Shown here: in pieces, positions 40,975 to 51,740 of the stretch
How positions within the stretch are numbered: the stretch's first letter is position 1
Layout: every line of letters begins with the position of its first letter
DNA from: Dehalococcoidia bacterium
GTDB taxonomy: Bacteria > Chloroflexota > Dehalococcoidia > Lucifugimonadales > UBA1127
Direction of reading: 5' to 3'
NCBI GenBank assembly: GCA_965116355.1
Contig: OZ220679.1
Span: 1,118,669-1,182,668 of the forward strand
Length of the DNA: 64,000 nucleotides
Made by a program: the position numbers and the translations under genes
Notes under the pieces: model-generated
The model's input: only the letters and a program-made list of their open reading frames with translations
Database searches by the model: none
Told to the model about the DNA's origin: nothing

Positions 40975-41658
40975 ATGTCCATGACCACACCCTTCACCGC
41001 CGTCCTCTTTGACCTCGACAACACCCTCTTCGACCGGGAGACCGCCTTCCGCCGCGTGGCCGAAGACTTCCACGCCGAGTTCCTGGCGTCGGCGGCGACG
41101 GTTGGCCGGGACGAGGCGGTTGCGCTCATGGTCGGGTGGGACGACGACGGGTACTCCAACCGACGGGAGTTTCGGGAGGCGGTGCTGGCCCAGTGGCCTG
41201 AGACCGGTCTCGACTTCGATGCGCTGAGCGCCTGGTACCGCGTCGCGATGGACCGGCGCTCGGTGCCGGACGCCTCGGTCAACGCATTCCTCACCGACAT
41301 CAACCGCGCGGGAGTGCCGTGGGGCATCGTCACCAACGGCAACGGCCCCAACCAGCGGAACAAGTGCAGGCTGGCGGGGCTGGCGGAGTTGGCGCGCTTC
41401 ATCATCGCCTCGGAGGAGCAGGGGTACGCCAAGCCCGACCAGCGCATCTACGCCGACGCGCTGTCGGCGCTGGGGCTGGCGTCGCCGCAGGGCGTGCTGT
41501 TCGTGGGGGACAACCCCGTAACGGACATCGACGGCGCGGCGCGCTTCGGCATGCGGACGGCGTGGGTGTCTCGAGGGCGGGCGTTCCCGTCGGATCTCGC
41601 CACGCCGGACCACGTCATCGAGCGCGTGACTGAGCTGCGGGGGGTGTTGGGGGTGTAG
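40975..41658 (+). CDS. HAD-IA family hydrolase
   Basis: Motif I VLFDLDNTLF; C-terminal FVGDNPVTDIDGA motif. Confidence 0.85.
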   Translation: MSMTTPFTAVLFDLDNTLFDRETAFRRVAEDFHAEFLASAATVGRDEAVALMVGWDDDGYSNRREFREAVLAQWPETGLDFDALSAWYRVAMDRRSVPDASVNAFLTDINRAGVPWGIVTNGNGPNQRNKCRLAGLAELARFIIASEEQGYAKPDQRIYADALSALGLASPQGVLFVGDNPVTDIDGAARFGMRTAWVSRGRAFPSDLATPDHVIERVTELRGVLGV

Positions 41659-41700
41659 CGGCCCTTGCCTGCCCTCCATCGCCCTCGAACGCAGGATGCG

Positions 41701-43515
41701 CTACTCCACCGCCGTCAGAATGGCGGAGACGCGCACTTCCCGCGGGGTGACGGACGAGGTCACCAGGAAGGCGCCGAGGTTCTCGATGTAGGGCCGCACG
41801 TCGTTGCGGAAGGTCCGCCGGTCCTCCCCGGTCAGCGCATCGTCGATCGCTTCGACAAGAGCCGCGACATTGACGTAGAAGAAATAGTGCGCCGGGGACG
41901 GCGCCGCATCCATGACGCGACGGAACTCGGCATTGTCGTCCAGCGAGTCGGTCCCGCCCGTCAGGGCGTCATGGAACAGCTCCAGACTCTCCAGGGTGGA
42001 GCCCAGCACCGCCCACTCGTCCATGACGGCGTAGCTTGGCGTGTACGCCTCCAGGGGATCGTCCGCCTGGGCCGAGCCCGAGTCGACTGACGGCATCACC
42101 TCCACGCCATCAACGAACAGCCGCCCATCGGGGGTGACCTCAAAGCTCCCCGGAGGGTAGACCTGCGAAGTCGCTTCGTCCATGCCGGTAATGCCCGGCG
42201 TGAACTCGCTCGATGACTCGTCCGTCTCGCCCAGCGGGACGGTCACCGCCTCGAACTCGCCGATGTCCACCTTTTCGGGGTCGTAGTCAAAGTTCTCCTC
42301 AAGGGCGGCGAGGAGGTCGTCCAGGGTGTCTTCCAGCGTCTCCGGGTCGTCCAATCCGGCGAGGAACAGGGCATGGACCGGGGACGCCAACGCCGCATCC
42401 TCTGAGCTGAAATCAAAGTCACTCGGCAAAAGCGCCGCCGCCATTTCACCCGACAGAGTGTCCAGCACGTCGTCTTCAACGTCGATGCCGGCTTCCTCCT
42501 CAAAGTCCAACAGCAACTGGTGAAGGTCATCCGCAGCGTAGGGGTCCGTCTCCTCAATGATTTCCCACCAATCCTCCCATGCCTCAAGGACACCCGTGGT
42601 GGACATGGCGACAAGCGAGTCCGCAGGCAGGACCTGTTGGGCAAGGACCGGAGAGCCGTCCCACTCGATGGATTCTTCTTCAAGGAAGTAGCTGAAATCC
42701 ATCCGCATGCCGTTGCTCTGGAAGGAGGCGGACATGGAAACGTACACTGGCCAGTTGCCCTCAAGCTCGTCACGCAGCTGTTCCGACGTCACGCCCAGAT
42801 CCAGCAGGTCCGTCTGCTCCGGCCAGAGGGCTTCGATGTCAAGGTAGCCGAAGGCCATGCGCGGCGACGGGGCAGCCTCTTGCGCCGCAACGAACGCGTC
42901 GTTGTCCAGGAGGGACCTCCTGAGAGACTCCTCCACGTTTTCCGCGATGTCCTCCACCGTATCCTCGCCGTCGCCGATGAGGAGGTATGCGTCGCTGACG
43001 GCTATCGCAACACTGTCGTCCTCGGCGATCCAGAGGTCCAGGCCGTCACTGCTGTCTTCCTCAAACTCCGTCCAGCTGTCCTCAGTGATGTAGTCCACGA
43101 GGTCTTCGGCAAAGTCCTCCGCTCCCTCCCGGTCGGAGACCTGAAACATGACGACCCACTCCAAATCGTCAATGTCGTCGTTGAGGATGGCGGCGGAGAT
43201 GTCGGTGCCCAGCCAATCGGCGACGTCTTCGGTTGGGTGGATGCCGGTCTCGTCTTCAATCTCCTCCAGGCGCTCCTCCCGCCAGTCTTCCAATTCATCC
43301 GAGTCGATCCTGGAGAAGAAGTCACCGGCGTTCATTGTCTGACGGAGGCCGGGGCGGAGGTTGACGGAAAAGTACGCGGTGGCGCTGGCAGGGATGTATT
43401 GGGCGGTGGCCTCGCTGGGGTTGTTCAAGACGACCAGAACGTACGCGGTGGCGGCGCCGGCGCCGACGACCACCAGCGCAAGGAGTCCAAGGAGCGCCTT
43501 CACAAGCAGGGGCAT
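41701..43515 (-). CDS. membrane-anchored, highly acidic hypothetical protein (DUF3352-like)
   Basis: N-terminal TM segment LLGLLALVVVGAGAATAYVLVV followed by about 570 aa rich in D/E. The family call comes from memory of the N-terminal YIPASATAYFSVNLRPG pattern only. Confidence 0.6.
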   Translation of the reverse strand: MPLLVKALLGLLALVVVGAGAATAYVLVVLNNPSEATAQYIPASATAYFSVNLRPGLRQTMNAGDFFSRIDSDELEDWREERLEEIEDETGIHPTEDVADWLGTDISAAILNDDIDDLEWVVMFQVSDREGAEDFAEDLVDYITEDSWTEFEEDSSDGLDLWIAEDDSVAIAVSDAYLLIGDGEDTVEDIAENVEESLRRSLLDNDAFVAAQEAAPSPRMAFGYLDIEALWPEQTDLLDLGVTSEQLRDELEGNWPVYVSMSASFQSNGMRMDFSYFLEEESIEWDGSPVLAQQVLPADSLVAMSTTGVLEAWEDWWEIIEETDPYAADDLHQLLLDFEEEAGIDVEDDVLDTLSGEMAAALLPSDFDFSSEDAALASPVHALFLAGLDDPETLEDTLDDLLAALEENFDYDPEKVDIGEFEAVTVPLGETDESSSEFTPGITGMDEATSQVYPPGSFEVTPDGRLFVDGVEVMPSVDSGSAQADDPLEAYTPSYAVMDEWAVLGSTLESLELFHDALTGGTDSLDDNAEFRRVMDAAPSPAHYFFYVNVAALVEAIDDALTGEDRRTFRNDVRPYIENLGAFLVTSSVTPREVRVSAILTAVE

Positions 43516-43607
43516 TTCGCCTCCAATCGGTGTAGAGAATTCTCAGGAGATGCGGACATTGAGCGGAGCAAAAGGGGAACCGCACAGGCGCATTGCACTG
43601 TAGGACA

Positions 43608-45974
43608 TCACACCCCCAGCACCGGCTGCTCGGCTGCGACGGCGTCCTTGCGCTCGCCCTCGACGGACCATCCCGTCGAGAGGCCGACGACGAACCAGCC
43701 AAAGCCGAGGATGCCCGCGGCGAAGATGGTGTCGCCGATGGTGCGGAGCCAGCGGAAGACCTCGAGCACCGGCGTCTGCAGGAACTCGGCGGAGCGCGCA
43801 TACCACATGCCGTGCTGGACGCTGGCCCACGTCTGCGCGAGGCCGACGGGCAGCAGGCTCATCAGCACCATGAGCATGAGGCCGACGTTGACCGTCCAGA
43901 AGGCGAAGCCGATGGACCCGTTCCGCCACTCCTTTCGCACCGTCAGCACGCGCAGGCTCAGCAGCGTGAGGCCGAGGCCGAGGTTGCCGTAGACGCCGAA
44001 GAGGGCCGCGTGGGCGTGAACGGACGTGGTGTTGAGCCCCTGCATGTAGTAAAGCGCGATGGGCGGGTTGATCAGGAAGCCAAACAGCCCCGCGCCCACC
44101 AGGTTCCAGAAGGAGGCCGCGACGAAGAAGTACACGGGCCACTTGTAGTGGTGGATCCACGACGTGCGCCGCGTCATCGAGAGGTTGTCGTAGGCCTCGT
44201 AGCCGACCATGACGAGCGGCATCAGCTCCAGCGCGCTCATCGTGCCGCCGACGACGAGGATGATAGGCGTGGTGCCGGAGAAGTAGAGGTGGTGCAGCAT
44301 GCCGAGCACGCCGCCCGACAGGTAGAGGATGGTGCTGAAGAGGATGGCCATCGTCGCGGAGCGGACGCGCACGAGGCCCAGCCGGACGAAGACGAGGGCG
44401 ATGACCGTCGTGGCGAAGACCTCGAAGAAGCCCTCGACCCAGAGGTGGACGACCCACCAGCGCCAGTACTCGGCGATGGCGAGGTTGGTGTGCTGTCCGG
44501 GGATGAGGCCGGGGAAGTAGAAGACGGCGATGGCGGCGACGGAGAGCATGAAAATGCCGAGGAACTGCCGCCGCCGTGAGTTGCCCTCGGCCTGCTTCCA
44601 CGCGAAGAGCAGCGGCCTAATCATGAGCGCGAGCCAGAGGAGCAGGCCGACGAAGAGAAGAGTCTGCCAGAGCCTGCCAAGGTCGAGGTACTCGAACCCC
44701 TGGTGGCCGAACCAGAAGTTGACGTTGTCGCCCAGCACCTGGTGGATGGCGAGGGCCTGGCCGAACATGGAGCCGCCCACGACGATGACGAGGGCCACCA
44801 ACAGCACGTTGACGCCCAGCCGCTGAAACCGCGGCTCGTGGCCGGCCACCAGCGGCGCGAGGCAGAGCCCCGTCGCGAGCCACGACGTGGCGATCCAGAG
44901 CATGCCCATCTGCACGTGCCACGTGCGGGCCAGGGAGTAGGGCACGATGTCCGAGAGCGGGAAGCCGTAGAAGCCCGTGCCCTCCACGCCGTAGTGAGCG
45001 ATGACGATGCCCGTGACGATCTGCCCCACGGCCAGCGCGCCCACCACCCAGAAGTACTTGTGCGTCGCGCTCATGGAGGGCGTCGGGACGATGCCGATGA
45101 GGGGATCTGCGGCGGGCGTGCGCTCCTGGCTGCGCCAGACGTCGCGGCTGGCGGCGAAGAACCACGCCAGCCCGCCGATGCCGCCCAGCAGCAGGACGAA
45201 GCTGATGACGGAAGTGACCACCATGACGGGCGTCGCGTGGTTGCCGACGAGGTCGTCCGGCGGCCAGTTGTGGGTGTAGGTGATGTCCCGGCCGGGGCGC
45301 TCCGTCACCGTCACCCAGGACGCCCAGAATATGAAGGCGGTGAAGGCCTCCCGCCGATCGGCGTCCGGGATGGTGTCGGCGGGCATGGCGTAGTCTTCAC
45401 GCAACTGGTGAAGCGCAGGATCGTCGCCGAACAGCGCCATGTAGTGGGCCTGCACGGCGCGGATGGCGCGGAGGCGGTCGGCGGAGATGGTGATGACGCC
45501 GGTGTCCTCGTCGTAGGTGTTGGTGCGCAGCTCCACCTGGAGCGCGGCCTGGAGCGCGGCGGCCCGCTCGGGGTCGAGGTCCTCGTAGGGGGCACCGTAG
45601 CGGCTGCGCGACCACGTCTCTGCGAGCCAGACGGCCTCGCGGTGGAGCCAGTCGGCGGTCCAGTCGGGCGCCTGGTAGGCGCCGTGGCCCCAGACGGAGC
45701 CGAGCTCCTGCCCGCCGATGGAGCGCCAGACGTCCATGCCGCGCTCGATGTCGGCGCGGTCGAAGACGGGCTGGCCGCCGAGGGTCTCGATCGCCTCGGG
45801 GACGGGGGGCGCGACCTGGTAGATCTCGCCGCCGAAGTAGAGGAGCGCTGCAAAGGAGACGCCGACGACGGTAATGAGCGTGATCCAGAGCGCTCGGATG
45901 CCCCGGCGGGTGCGCGGCGCGCGGAGAAACTGCGGCGCGGAGGGTTGTTGGGGCAATGCGCTGGCGTTCTCCAT
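43608..45974 (-). CDS. norZ: quinol-dependent nitric oxide reductase (qNOR, NorZ/NorB large form)
   Basis: 788 aa of the haem-copper oxidase subunit I family, with the qNOR N-terminal extension (..GHGAYQAPDWTADWLHRE..) and conserved His-containing TM helices. Confidence 0.9.
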   Translation of the reverse strand: MENASALPQQPSAPQFLRAPRTRRGIRALWITLITVVGVSFAALLYFGGEIYQVAPPVPEAIETLGGQPVFDRADIERGMDVWRSIGGQELGSVWGHGAYQAPDWTADWLHREAVWLAETWSRSRYGAPYEDLDPERAAALQAALQVELRTNTYDEDTGVITISADRLRAIRAVQAHYMALFGDDPALHQLREDYAMPADTIPDADRREAFTAFIFWASWVTVTERPGRDITYTHNWPPDDLVGNHATPVMVVTSVISFVLLLGGIGGLAWFFAASRDVWRSQERTPAADPLIGIVPTPSMSATHKYFWVVGALAVGQIVTGIVIAHYGVEGTGFYGFPLSDIVPYSLARTWHVQMGMLWIATSWLATGLCLAPLVAGHEPRFQRLGVNVLLVALVIVVGGSMFGQALAIHQVLGDNVNFWFGHQGFEYLDLGRLWQTLLFVGLLLWLALMIRPLLFAWKQAEGNSRRRQFLGIFMLSVAAIAVFYFPGLIPGQHTNLAIAEYWRWWVVHLWVEGFFEVFATTVIALVFVRLGLVRVRSATMAILFSTILYLSGGVLGMLHHLYFSGTTPIILVVGGTMSALELMPLVMVGYEAYDNLSMTRRTSWIHHYKWPVYFFVAASFWNLVGAGLFGFLINPPIALYYMQGLNTTSVHAHAALFGVYGNLGLGLTLLSLRVLTVRKEWRNGSIGFAFWTVNVGLMLMVLMSLLPVGLAQTWASVQHGMWYARSAEFLQTPVLEVFRWLRTIGDTIFAAGILGFGWFVVGLSTGWSVEGERKDAVAAEQPVLGV

Positions 45975-46205
45975 CTCGACCTCCCGATCAGGTCTTCCGG
46001 CAAAGCCGTCGGGTTGCGTGCTTACAGATTACAAATCCGTGTGCCGCCTTTCAATGCTCAAACAGCTAACGGCTCCAGGGATTTCAGGCGATACCTGGTG
46101 TGCCGTCCCGTTTGGCCCCTGGGCGGGGGTCTGCTACTGTATTCGTGCGCCGCAACCGCACGCAAACGTCACGCGCGCGGCGCCGAATCCGACCGGGAGC
46201 GCACC

Positions 46206-46811
46206 ATGACCAGCATTGCCGACATCGAGGGGATCCGCCTGCACAACGTCGCCGTCGCGCCGGTGCGGCATGACGGGCGGGACGGCGTGCTCGTCACCGA
46301 GCCGCCGGGGACGGAGGACCACCGGGAGGACAAGCTGGCAGTGCTGCCGGACTCGCTCTTCCGCGACGGGACCATCGAGGTGGACGTGGCGGGCCGGCCG
46401 GCGGCGGGGGCGCAGGAGGCGGCGCGGGGGTTCGTCGGCATCGCCTTCCACGTCGCGCCAGCCGTGGAGGCGTTCGAGTGCTTCTACATCCGGCCCACCA
46501 ACGGCCGCGCCGAAGACCAACTGCGCCGGAACCACTCGACGCAGTACATCTCCTTCCCGGACCACCCGTGGCACAAGCTGCGGGAGGAGACGCCGGGGCT
46601 GTACGAGTCCTACACCGACATGGTCCCGGGCGAGTGGACGCGGCTGCGCATCACCGTCGAGGGGGAGCGGGCGCGGCTGTACGTCGGCGGGGCGGAGCAG
46701 CCGGCGCTCATCGTCAACGACCTGAAGCTCGGCGCGGGCGAGGGGGCCATCGGCCTCTGGATCGGGCCGGGGACGGAGGGGTTCTTCGCCGACCTGCGCG
46801 TGACGGGGTAG
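46206..46811 (+). CDS. concanavalin-A-like/LamG-fold protein (DUF1080-like), 201 aa
   Basis: Only the last 201 codons (from ATG 46206) of the 702-aa track ORF look like protein; the upstream part is antisense to norZ. The family call has low certainty. Confidence 0.65.
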   Translation: MTSIADIEGIRLHNVAVAPVRHDGRDGVLVTEPPGTEDHREDKLAVLPDSLFRDGTIEVDVAGRPAAGAQEAARGFVGIAFHVAPAVEAFECFYIRPTNGRAEDQLRRNHSTQYISFPDHPWHKLREETPGLYESYTDMVPGEWTRLRITVEGERARLYVGGAEQPALIVNDLKLGAGEGAIGLWIGPGTEGFFADLRVTG

Positions 46812-46813
46812 GG

Positions 46814-48292
46814 TTACACGTCCGGCAGACGCGCCGTGTCGGCGGTGTGGCGCTGCCAGAGGCGGATGCGGGCCGCGAGGTCTCGGATGCGGTCGCGCTG
46901 GGCGGGGTCGTCGAAGAGGTTGACCATCTCGTGCGGGTCGTTCGCCAGGTCGAAGAGCTCGCACTGGTCGCTGGCGCAGAGGTTGAGCTTCCACCGGCCG
47001 GACACGACCGAGCGCCACGTCGAGTGGTTCATCCGGTCCACCGTAGGCGTGCCCATAGCCCGGTCCAGACGCTCCGGGTGGACGCCGTTCCACTCCATGA
47101 AAACGTCCTCGGGCAGCGCCTCCGTCCCCTCCAGCACTCCCTTGCGGCTGCGGCCGTGCAGGTGATCGGGGACGTGCTCGCCGAGCAGGTCCAGCACCGT
47201 GGGCACGGCGTCGATGTGCGACCAGTTGCCCTCGATGTGCTTCTGTCCGCGCGAGAGGCCGGGGACATGCATGAGCAGCGGCACCTTCGCCGACTCCTCA
47301 TAGAACGAGCGCTTCTCCAGCATGCCGTGGTCGCCGAGTTGGTCGCCGTGGTCGCTGGTGAAGACGACGATGGTATTGTCCGCGATGCCCGCCCGCTCGA
47401 TGGCGCCGAGGATTTTGCCGACCATCATGTCCACCAGCATCACGCTGCCGAAGTAGTGGGCGCGCAGGGCCCGCCAGCCCGCCTCCGTCGTCACGTCCTC
47501 GCGGACGGCGGCCCACGTGGTCATGTAGCGGTCCGCGCCGGGGTCGCCGCCGTCCAGGTACTGCAGGAAGTAGTCGGCCTTGACGCGGCTGAGCAGCGAG
47601 GCGCCATCGGGCCGCACCAGGAACGCGGGGCCGACGGGCAGGCTTGCAGGGTCGTACAGGTCTTTGAAGGGCCCGATGTAGGGCGAGTGGGGCTCCGGGC
47701 AGCTCACATAGGCGACGAAGGGGCGAGCGCTGTTGCGCTCGATGAACTCTGCCGCGCGGCCGCCGAGCCAGGGAGCGATGTGGTATTCGGCCGGATGGTC
47801 GATGTGGCTGTTGAGGCCAAAGGTGCGGAGCGCGCCGATCTGCACGTCCGGCTCGAAGCCGCTGTCGACGAGGTGTTGGTGATAGTCGCTGAGGCGGGGC
47901 GGCGTGTCGGGGCTCCACACGCCGCCGGAGTCCTCCGTGCTGACCCAGTGGGTGAAGCCGTGCTGCGCCTCCGACCCCCGGCCCAGGTGCCACTTGCCGA
48001 AGTAGCCGCACAAGTAGTCGGGCGAGACCATCTCGGCGACGGCGGGCACGTTCCCGGGCAGCGGGATGCCGTTGAGCACGGGCCCGGCGGTGTGCGGGTA
48101 GAGGCCGGTCATGATCGACGCCCGGGAGGGCGTGCACACCGTCTGCGTCACGTACGGGTTGCGGAAGACGAAGCTGCGCTCCGCGAGGGCGTTCAGGTTG
48201 GGCGCCTTGATCCAGCCGTTGCCGTTGCAGGCGAGCGTGTCGTAACGCTGCTGATCGCTGAAGATGAAGACGAGGTTGGGCCTGTCCGCCAT
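46814..48292 (-). CDS. sulfatase (formylglycine-dependent arylsulfatase family)
   Basis: NLVFIFSDQQRYD and the CTPSRASIMTG (C-x-P-x-R) formylglycine motif. Confidence 0.9.
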   Translation of the reverse strand: MADRPNLVFIFSDQQRYDTLACNGNGWIKAPNLNALAERSFVFRNPYVTQTVCTPSRASIMTGLYPHTAGPVLNGIPLPGNVPAVAEMVSPDYLCGYFGKWHLGRGSEAQHGFTHWVSTEDSGGVWSPDTPPRLSDYHQHLVDSGFEPDVQIGALRTFGLNSHIDHPAEYHIAPWLGGRAAEFIERNSARPFVAYVSCPEPHSPYIGPFKDLYDPASLPVGPAFLVRPDGASLLSRVKADYFLQYLDGGDPGADRYMTTWAAVREDVTTEAGWRALRAHYFGSVMLVDMMVGKILGAIERAGIADNTIVVFTSDHGDQLGDHGMLEKRSFYEESAKVPLLMHVPGLSRGQKHIEGNWSHIDAVPTVLDLLGEHVPDHLHGRSRKGVLEGTEALPEDVFMEWNGVHPERLDRAMGTPTVDRMNHSTWRSVVSGRWKLNLCASDQCELFDLANDPHEMVNLFDDPAQRDRIRDLAARIRLWQRHTADTARLPDV

Positions 48293-48346
48293 GCGGCGCC
48301 TCCTGTGTTTGGACGGCGCCAGTATAGCGGAGCGGGGGGATGAGCG

Positions 48347-48772
48347 TCAGGAGCGGGACTGCTCCGCCGCGATGAAGTCCCGAGCGTCCCGATACGCGGC
48401 GTGGACCAGTCCCACCAGCCCATCGGCGTCGATCTCGACGCCCGGATGCAGCTTCACGTGGCGCATTCGCTTGCCGGCGCCCTCCAGCAGGCCGAGGGGG
48501 TCCGGCAGAAACGCTCCCATGAAGAAGCCGACATTCACATGCTTCGTGAATGCCGCCACATAGGCGAACGGCACGTCCCGCACGCAAGCGGTCGGCTGAC
48601 CGTCATGCATCAGTTCCACCACGTCTTCGCCGCAGTCGCGGATGTGCGTAAACCACGAACTCGCAATTGCGCCGAGCGCATCCGTGTGCTCGGCGAACCA
48701 GGCGGCCACGGCAGGGTCCCGAGTCACGGCTCCGCCGAAACGCAGTCTAGGCTCCATATGGGGTCTCCCCAC
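48347..48772 (-). CDS. DUF1801 (YdhG-like) domain protein
   Basis: ..FTKHVNVGFFMGAFLPDPLGLLEGAGKRMRHVKL.. pattern. The start may be ATG 48757. Confidence 0.7.
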   Translation of the reverse strand: MGRPHMEPRLRFGGAVTRDPAVAAWFAEHTDALGAIASSWFTHIRDCGEDVVELMHDGQPTACVRDVPFAYVAAFTKHVNVGFFMGAFLPDPLGLLEGAGKRMRHVKLHPGVEIDADGLVGLVHAAYRDARDFIAAEQSRS

Positions 48773-48848
48773 CGTGCAGCAAATGGACGGGTTGCACGTC
48801 CACCGTGCCGTTCGTGGCTGCAGCGGGTCCGAGCGGACCGGGCGCGTC

Positions 48849-51596
48849 CTACCCCTCGACCCCGTGGCCGTTGGCCATGAGGGCGGCTCGCGCCGCGGCC
48901 AGCCTCGCGACGGGGACGCGGTAGGGCGAGCAGCTCACGTAGTCCAACGGGAGCGTGTGGAAGAACTCGATGCTCTGCGGGTCGCCGCCGTGCTCGCCGC
49001 AGATGCCCATGGAGATGCCCGGCCGCGCCTGCCGCCCCAGGATGCACGCGAGGCTGATGAGCTTCCCCACGCCGTCGCGGTCGACCACCTGGAACGGGTT
49101 CTCCTCGATGATGCCCGTCTCCTTGTAGCGGTTCAGGAACTTCACCTCGACGTCGTCGCGGCTGAACCCGAAGGTGTTCTGCGTCAGGTCGTTGGTGCCG
49201 AAGCTGAAGAACTCGGCCGACTTGGCGATCTGGTCGGCGATGAGCGCCGCGCGGGGGATCTCGATCATCGTGCCGATTTCGTAGTTCTGGGTGTTGCCGG
49301 TCTTCTCCTGGAACTCGCGGATGGTCTCCTCCAGGGTCTCGCGGAGCCGTGTGAACTCGTTGGTGTGGGAGACGAGCGGCACCATGATCTCCGGCGCGAC
49401 GGGGATGCCCTCGGCCTCGACCTGCGCCGCAGCCTTGATGATGGCGCGCACCTGCATGGTGTAGATCTCCGGGAAGATGAGCCCCAGCCGGCAGCCGCGC
49501 ATGCCGATCATCGGGTTCGACTCGCGCATCTCGTCCACGGCGAAGAGCAAGTTCTGGCGCTCCTGGAGCTCATCCGGGTTGCCTCCGCTGACGCGCAGCT
49601 CGATGACCTCGGCGAGAAGCTCGTCGCGCGGCGGGAGGAACTCGTGCATCGGCGGGTCCAGCAGGCGGATGACGACGGGCTTGCCGTTCATTGCGCGCAG
49701 GATGCCCACAAAGTCGGCAATCTGGAACTCCTCCAGCTCGGCCAGCGCCTTGTTGTAGCGCTCCCACGCGCTCTCACCCTCATCGATGATGATGGCGGCG
49801 TGGGCGGCGAGCATGCACTCGCGCACGATGGAAAGCCGGTCCATCTCAAAGAACATGTGCTCCGTGCGGCACAGGCCGATGCCCTCCGCGCCGAAGGCCA
49901 TGGCGATTTCGGCGTCGCGCGGGTAGTCGGCGTTGGCCCAGACGCCGAGGCGGCGGGTCTCGTCGGCCCACTCGAGGAGCGTCGTCAGGTCTTCGTCGTC
50001 CTGTACGGAGGGCGCGATGGTGGCGATGCGCCCGGCATAGACCTCGCCGGTGGCGCCGTCGATGCTGATCTCCTCGCCCTCGCTGATGACAATGTCGCCG
50101 CAGACGAGCACGCCCTCGTCCGGGCGCACCTCGAGCTGCTCCGCGCCGGCGACGCAGGGCTTGCCGAGGCCGCGGGCGACGACGGCGGCGTGGCTCGTGG
50201 CGCCGCCCCGTGACGTGAGCACGCCCTTCGAGGCGATGAGGCCGTGAACGTCGTCGGGGCTGGTCTCCGGGCGCACGAGGACGACGCTGACGCCTCGCTT
50301 GCCCTGCTCGGACGCCTCGTCGGCCGTGAAGACGACGCGGCCCGTGGCGCCGCCGGGCGATGCGCCGATGCCGACGGTGACGAGCCGGCCCGCCTCTGTG
50401 GCGTCGTCCTTGGCCTGCGGGTCCAGCCGGGGCAGGAGGAGCTGGTAGATCTGGTCAGGCTCCACGCGCATGAGCGCCTCGTCCTTGCTGATGAGGCCCT
50501 CGCCGTACATGTCGACAGCCATCTTGACGGCGGCCTTGGCGCTGCGCTTGGCCGAGCGGGTCTGCAGCAGGTAGAGCTTGCCCTGCTCGACGGTGAACTC
50601 GACGTCCTGGGCGTCGCTGTAGTGGGTCTCAAGCTGCTGGGCCATGGTGTCGAGCTGCTGGTACACGCCCGGCATCTGGTGCTGGAGCTGCGCGATCTTC
50701 TGCGGCGTCGCGATGCCGGCGACAACGTCCTCACCCTGGGCGTTGACGAGGTACTCGCCGTACAGGGTGCGGACGCCGGTGGAGGGGTCGCGGGTGAAGA
50801 GGACGCCGGTGCCGCTGGTCTCGTCCATATTGCCGAAGACCATGGCGACGACACAGACGGCGGTGTAGAGGTCGTGTGGGATGCGGTTGTAGTTGCGGTA
50901 GTCGATGGCGCGGCGCGTCTCCCAGCTGTCGAAGACGGCGAGGATGGCCCGCTCGAGCTGGTATTTGGGCGTGTCGGGGAAGTCCTCGCCCGTCACGCGC
51001 AGCACGAGCGCCTTGAACTCGTCGATGACCAGCTGCAGCGCGTCCGCGCTCAGGTCGGAGGCTATTTTGACGCCGTCCTGGTGCTGCCGCCACTCCAGCA
51101 CCGCGTCGAAGTGCGTGCTGTCTATGCCGAGGACGACGTTGCCGTACATCTGGATGAAGCGGCGGTAGAGGTCCAGGGCGAAGCGGCGGTTGCCCGTCCG
51201 GCGCGCGATGCCGTTGGCGACGGCCTGGTTGAGGCCCAGGTTGAGGACGGTGTCCATCATGCCGGGCATCGACACGGGGGCGCCGGAGCGCACCGAGACG
51301 AGCAGCGGGTCGGCGGGGGCGCCGAAGTAGCGTCCCGTCGCCCGTTCCAGCGCGACGAGGGCTTCCAGCGCCTGCGCCCACAGGTCCTCGGGCATGACTT
51401 TGCCCGAGTCGTAGTAGGAGCGGCAGGCCTCCGTCGTGATGATGAACCCGGGGGGAACGGGCAGCGAGGCCGCGGTCATGTCGGCGAGGCCGGCGCCCTT
51501 GCCGCCGAGCAAGTCACGGCGACTGCCGTCGGCCTGCGAGAACGAGTACACCCACTGGGTCTGGCTCAGCGTTTCGCGGAGCGTCATAGCTGCCAC
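48849..51596 (-). CDS. ppdK: pyruvate, phosphate dikinase
   Basis: 915 aa. N-terminal GGKGAGLADM ATP-grasp, central phospho-His domain TSRGGATSHAAVVARG, C-terminal PEP-utilising domain. Confidence 0.95.
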   Translation of the reverse strand: MAAMTLRETLSQTQWVYSFSQADGSRRDLLGGKGAGLADMTAASLPVPPGFIITTEACRSYYDSGKVMPEDLWAQALEALVALERATGRYFGAPADPLLVSVRSGAPVSMPGMMDTVLNLGLNQAVANGIARRTGNRRFALDLYRRFIQMYGNVVLGIDSTHFDAVLEWRQHQDGVKIASDLSADALQLVIDEFKALVLRVTGEDFPDTPKYQLERAILAVFDSWETRRAIDYRNYNRIPHDLYTAVCVVAMVFGNMDETSGTGVLFTRDPSTGVRTLYGEYLVNAQGEDVVAGIATPQKIAQLQHQMPGVYQQLDTMAQQLETHYSDAQDVEFTVEQGKLYLLQTRSAKRSAKAAVKMAVDMYGEGLISKDEALMRVEPDQIYQLLLPRLDPQAKDDATEAGRLVTVGIGASPGGATGRVVFTADEASEQGKRGVSVVLVRPETSPDDVHGLIASKGVLTSRGGATSHAAVVARGLGKPCVAGAEQLEVRPDEGVLVCGDIVISEGEEISIDGATGEVYAGRIATIAPSVQDDEDLTTLLEWADETRRLGVWANADYPRDAEIAMAFGAEGIGLCRTEHMFFEMDRLSIVRECMLAAHAAIIIDEGESAWERYNKALAELEEFQIADFVGILRAMNGKPVVIRLLDPPMHEFLPPRDELLAEVIELRVSGGNPDELQERQNLLFAVDEMRESNPMIGMRGCRLGLIFPEIYTMQVRAIIKAAAQVEAEGIPVAPEIMVPLVSHTNEFTRLRETLEETIREFQEKTGNTQNYEIGTMIEIPRAALIADQIAKSAEFFSFGTNDLTQNTFGFSRDDVEVKFLNRYKETGIIEENPFQVVDRDGVGKLISLACILGRQARPGISMGICGEHGGDPQSIEFFHTLPLDYVSCSPYRVPVARLAAARAALMANGHGVEG

Positions 51597-51731
51597 CCTG
51601 CCACAGTTTCCGCCATTGTCCTGCCCATGCGCGCGGAAGTGGTTACGAAAACGTTACATCCTGCGCAGTCCGGGCGTGCCAAAAGGGCCCAATGCGGGCG
51701 TGAACGCCCGGTAGAAGGGGTCGGATACGCC

Positions 51732-51740
51732 AGTATAGCA
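51732..51740 (-). promoter_or_regulatory. extended -10 promoter TGCTATACT upstream of ppdK
   Basis: Minus-strand TGC-TATACT. The same TGCTATA(C/G)T occurs at 54405..54413 (Rieske gene) and 21759..21767 (coxG). Confidence 0.4.

Noticed and set aside
44703-46205. First 500 codons of the 702-aa plus ORF
   Set aside because: They are antisense to norZ. Only the segment from ATG 46206 onward is protein-like.
45975-46205. Looked for NsrR/FNR/NnrR-type operators upstream of the qNOR gene
   Set aside because: No TTGAT-N4-ATCAA site or NsrR-like inverted repeat could be supported by eye.
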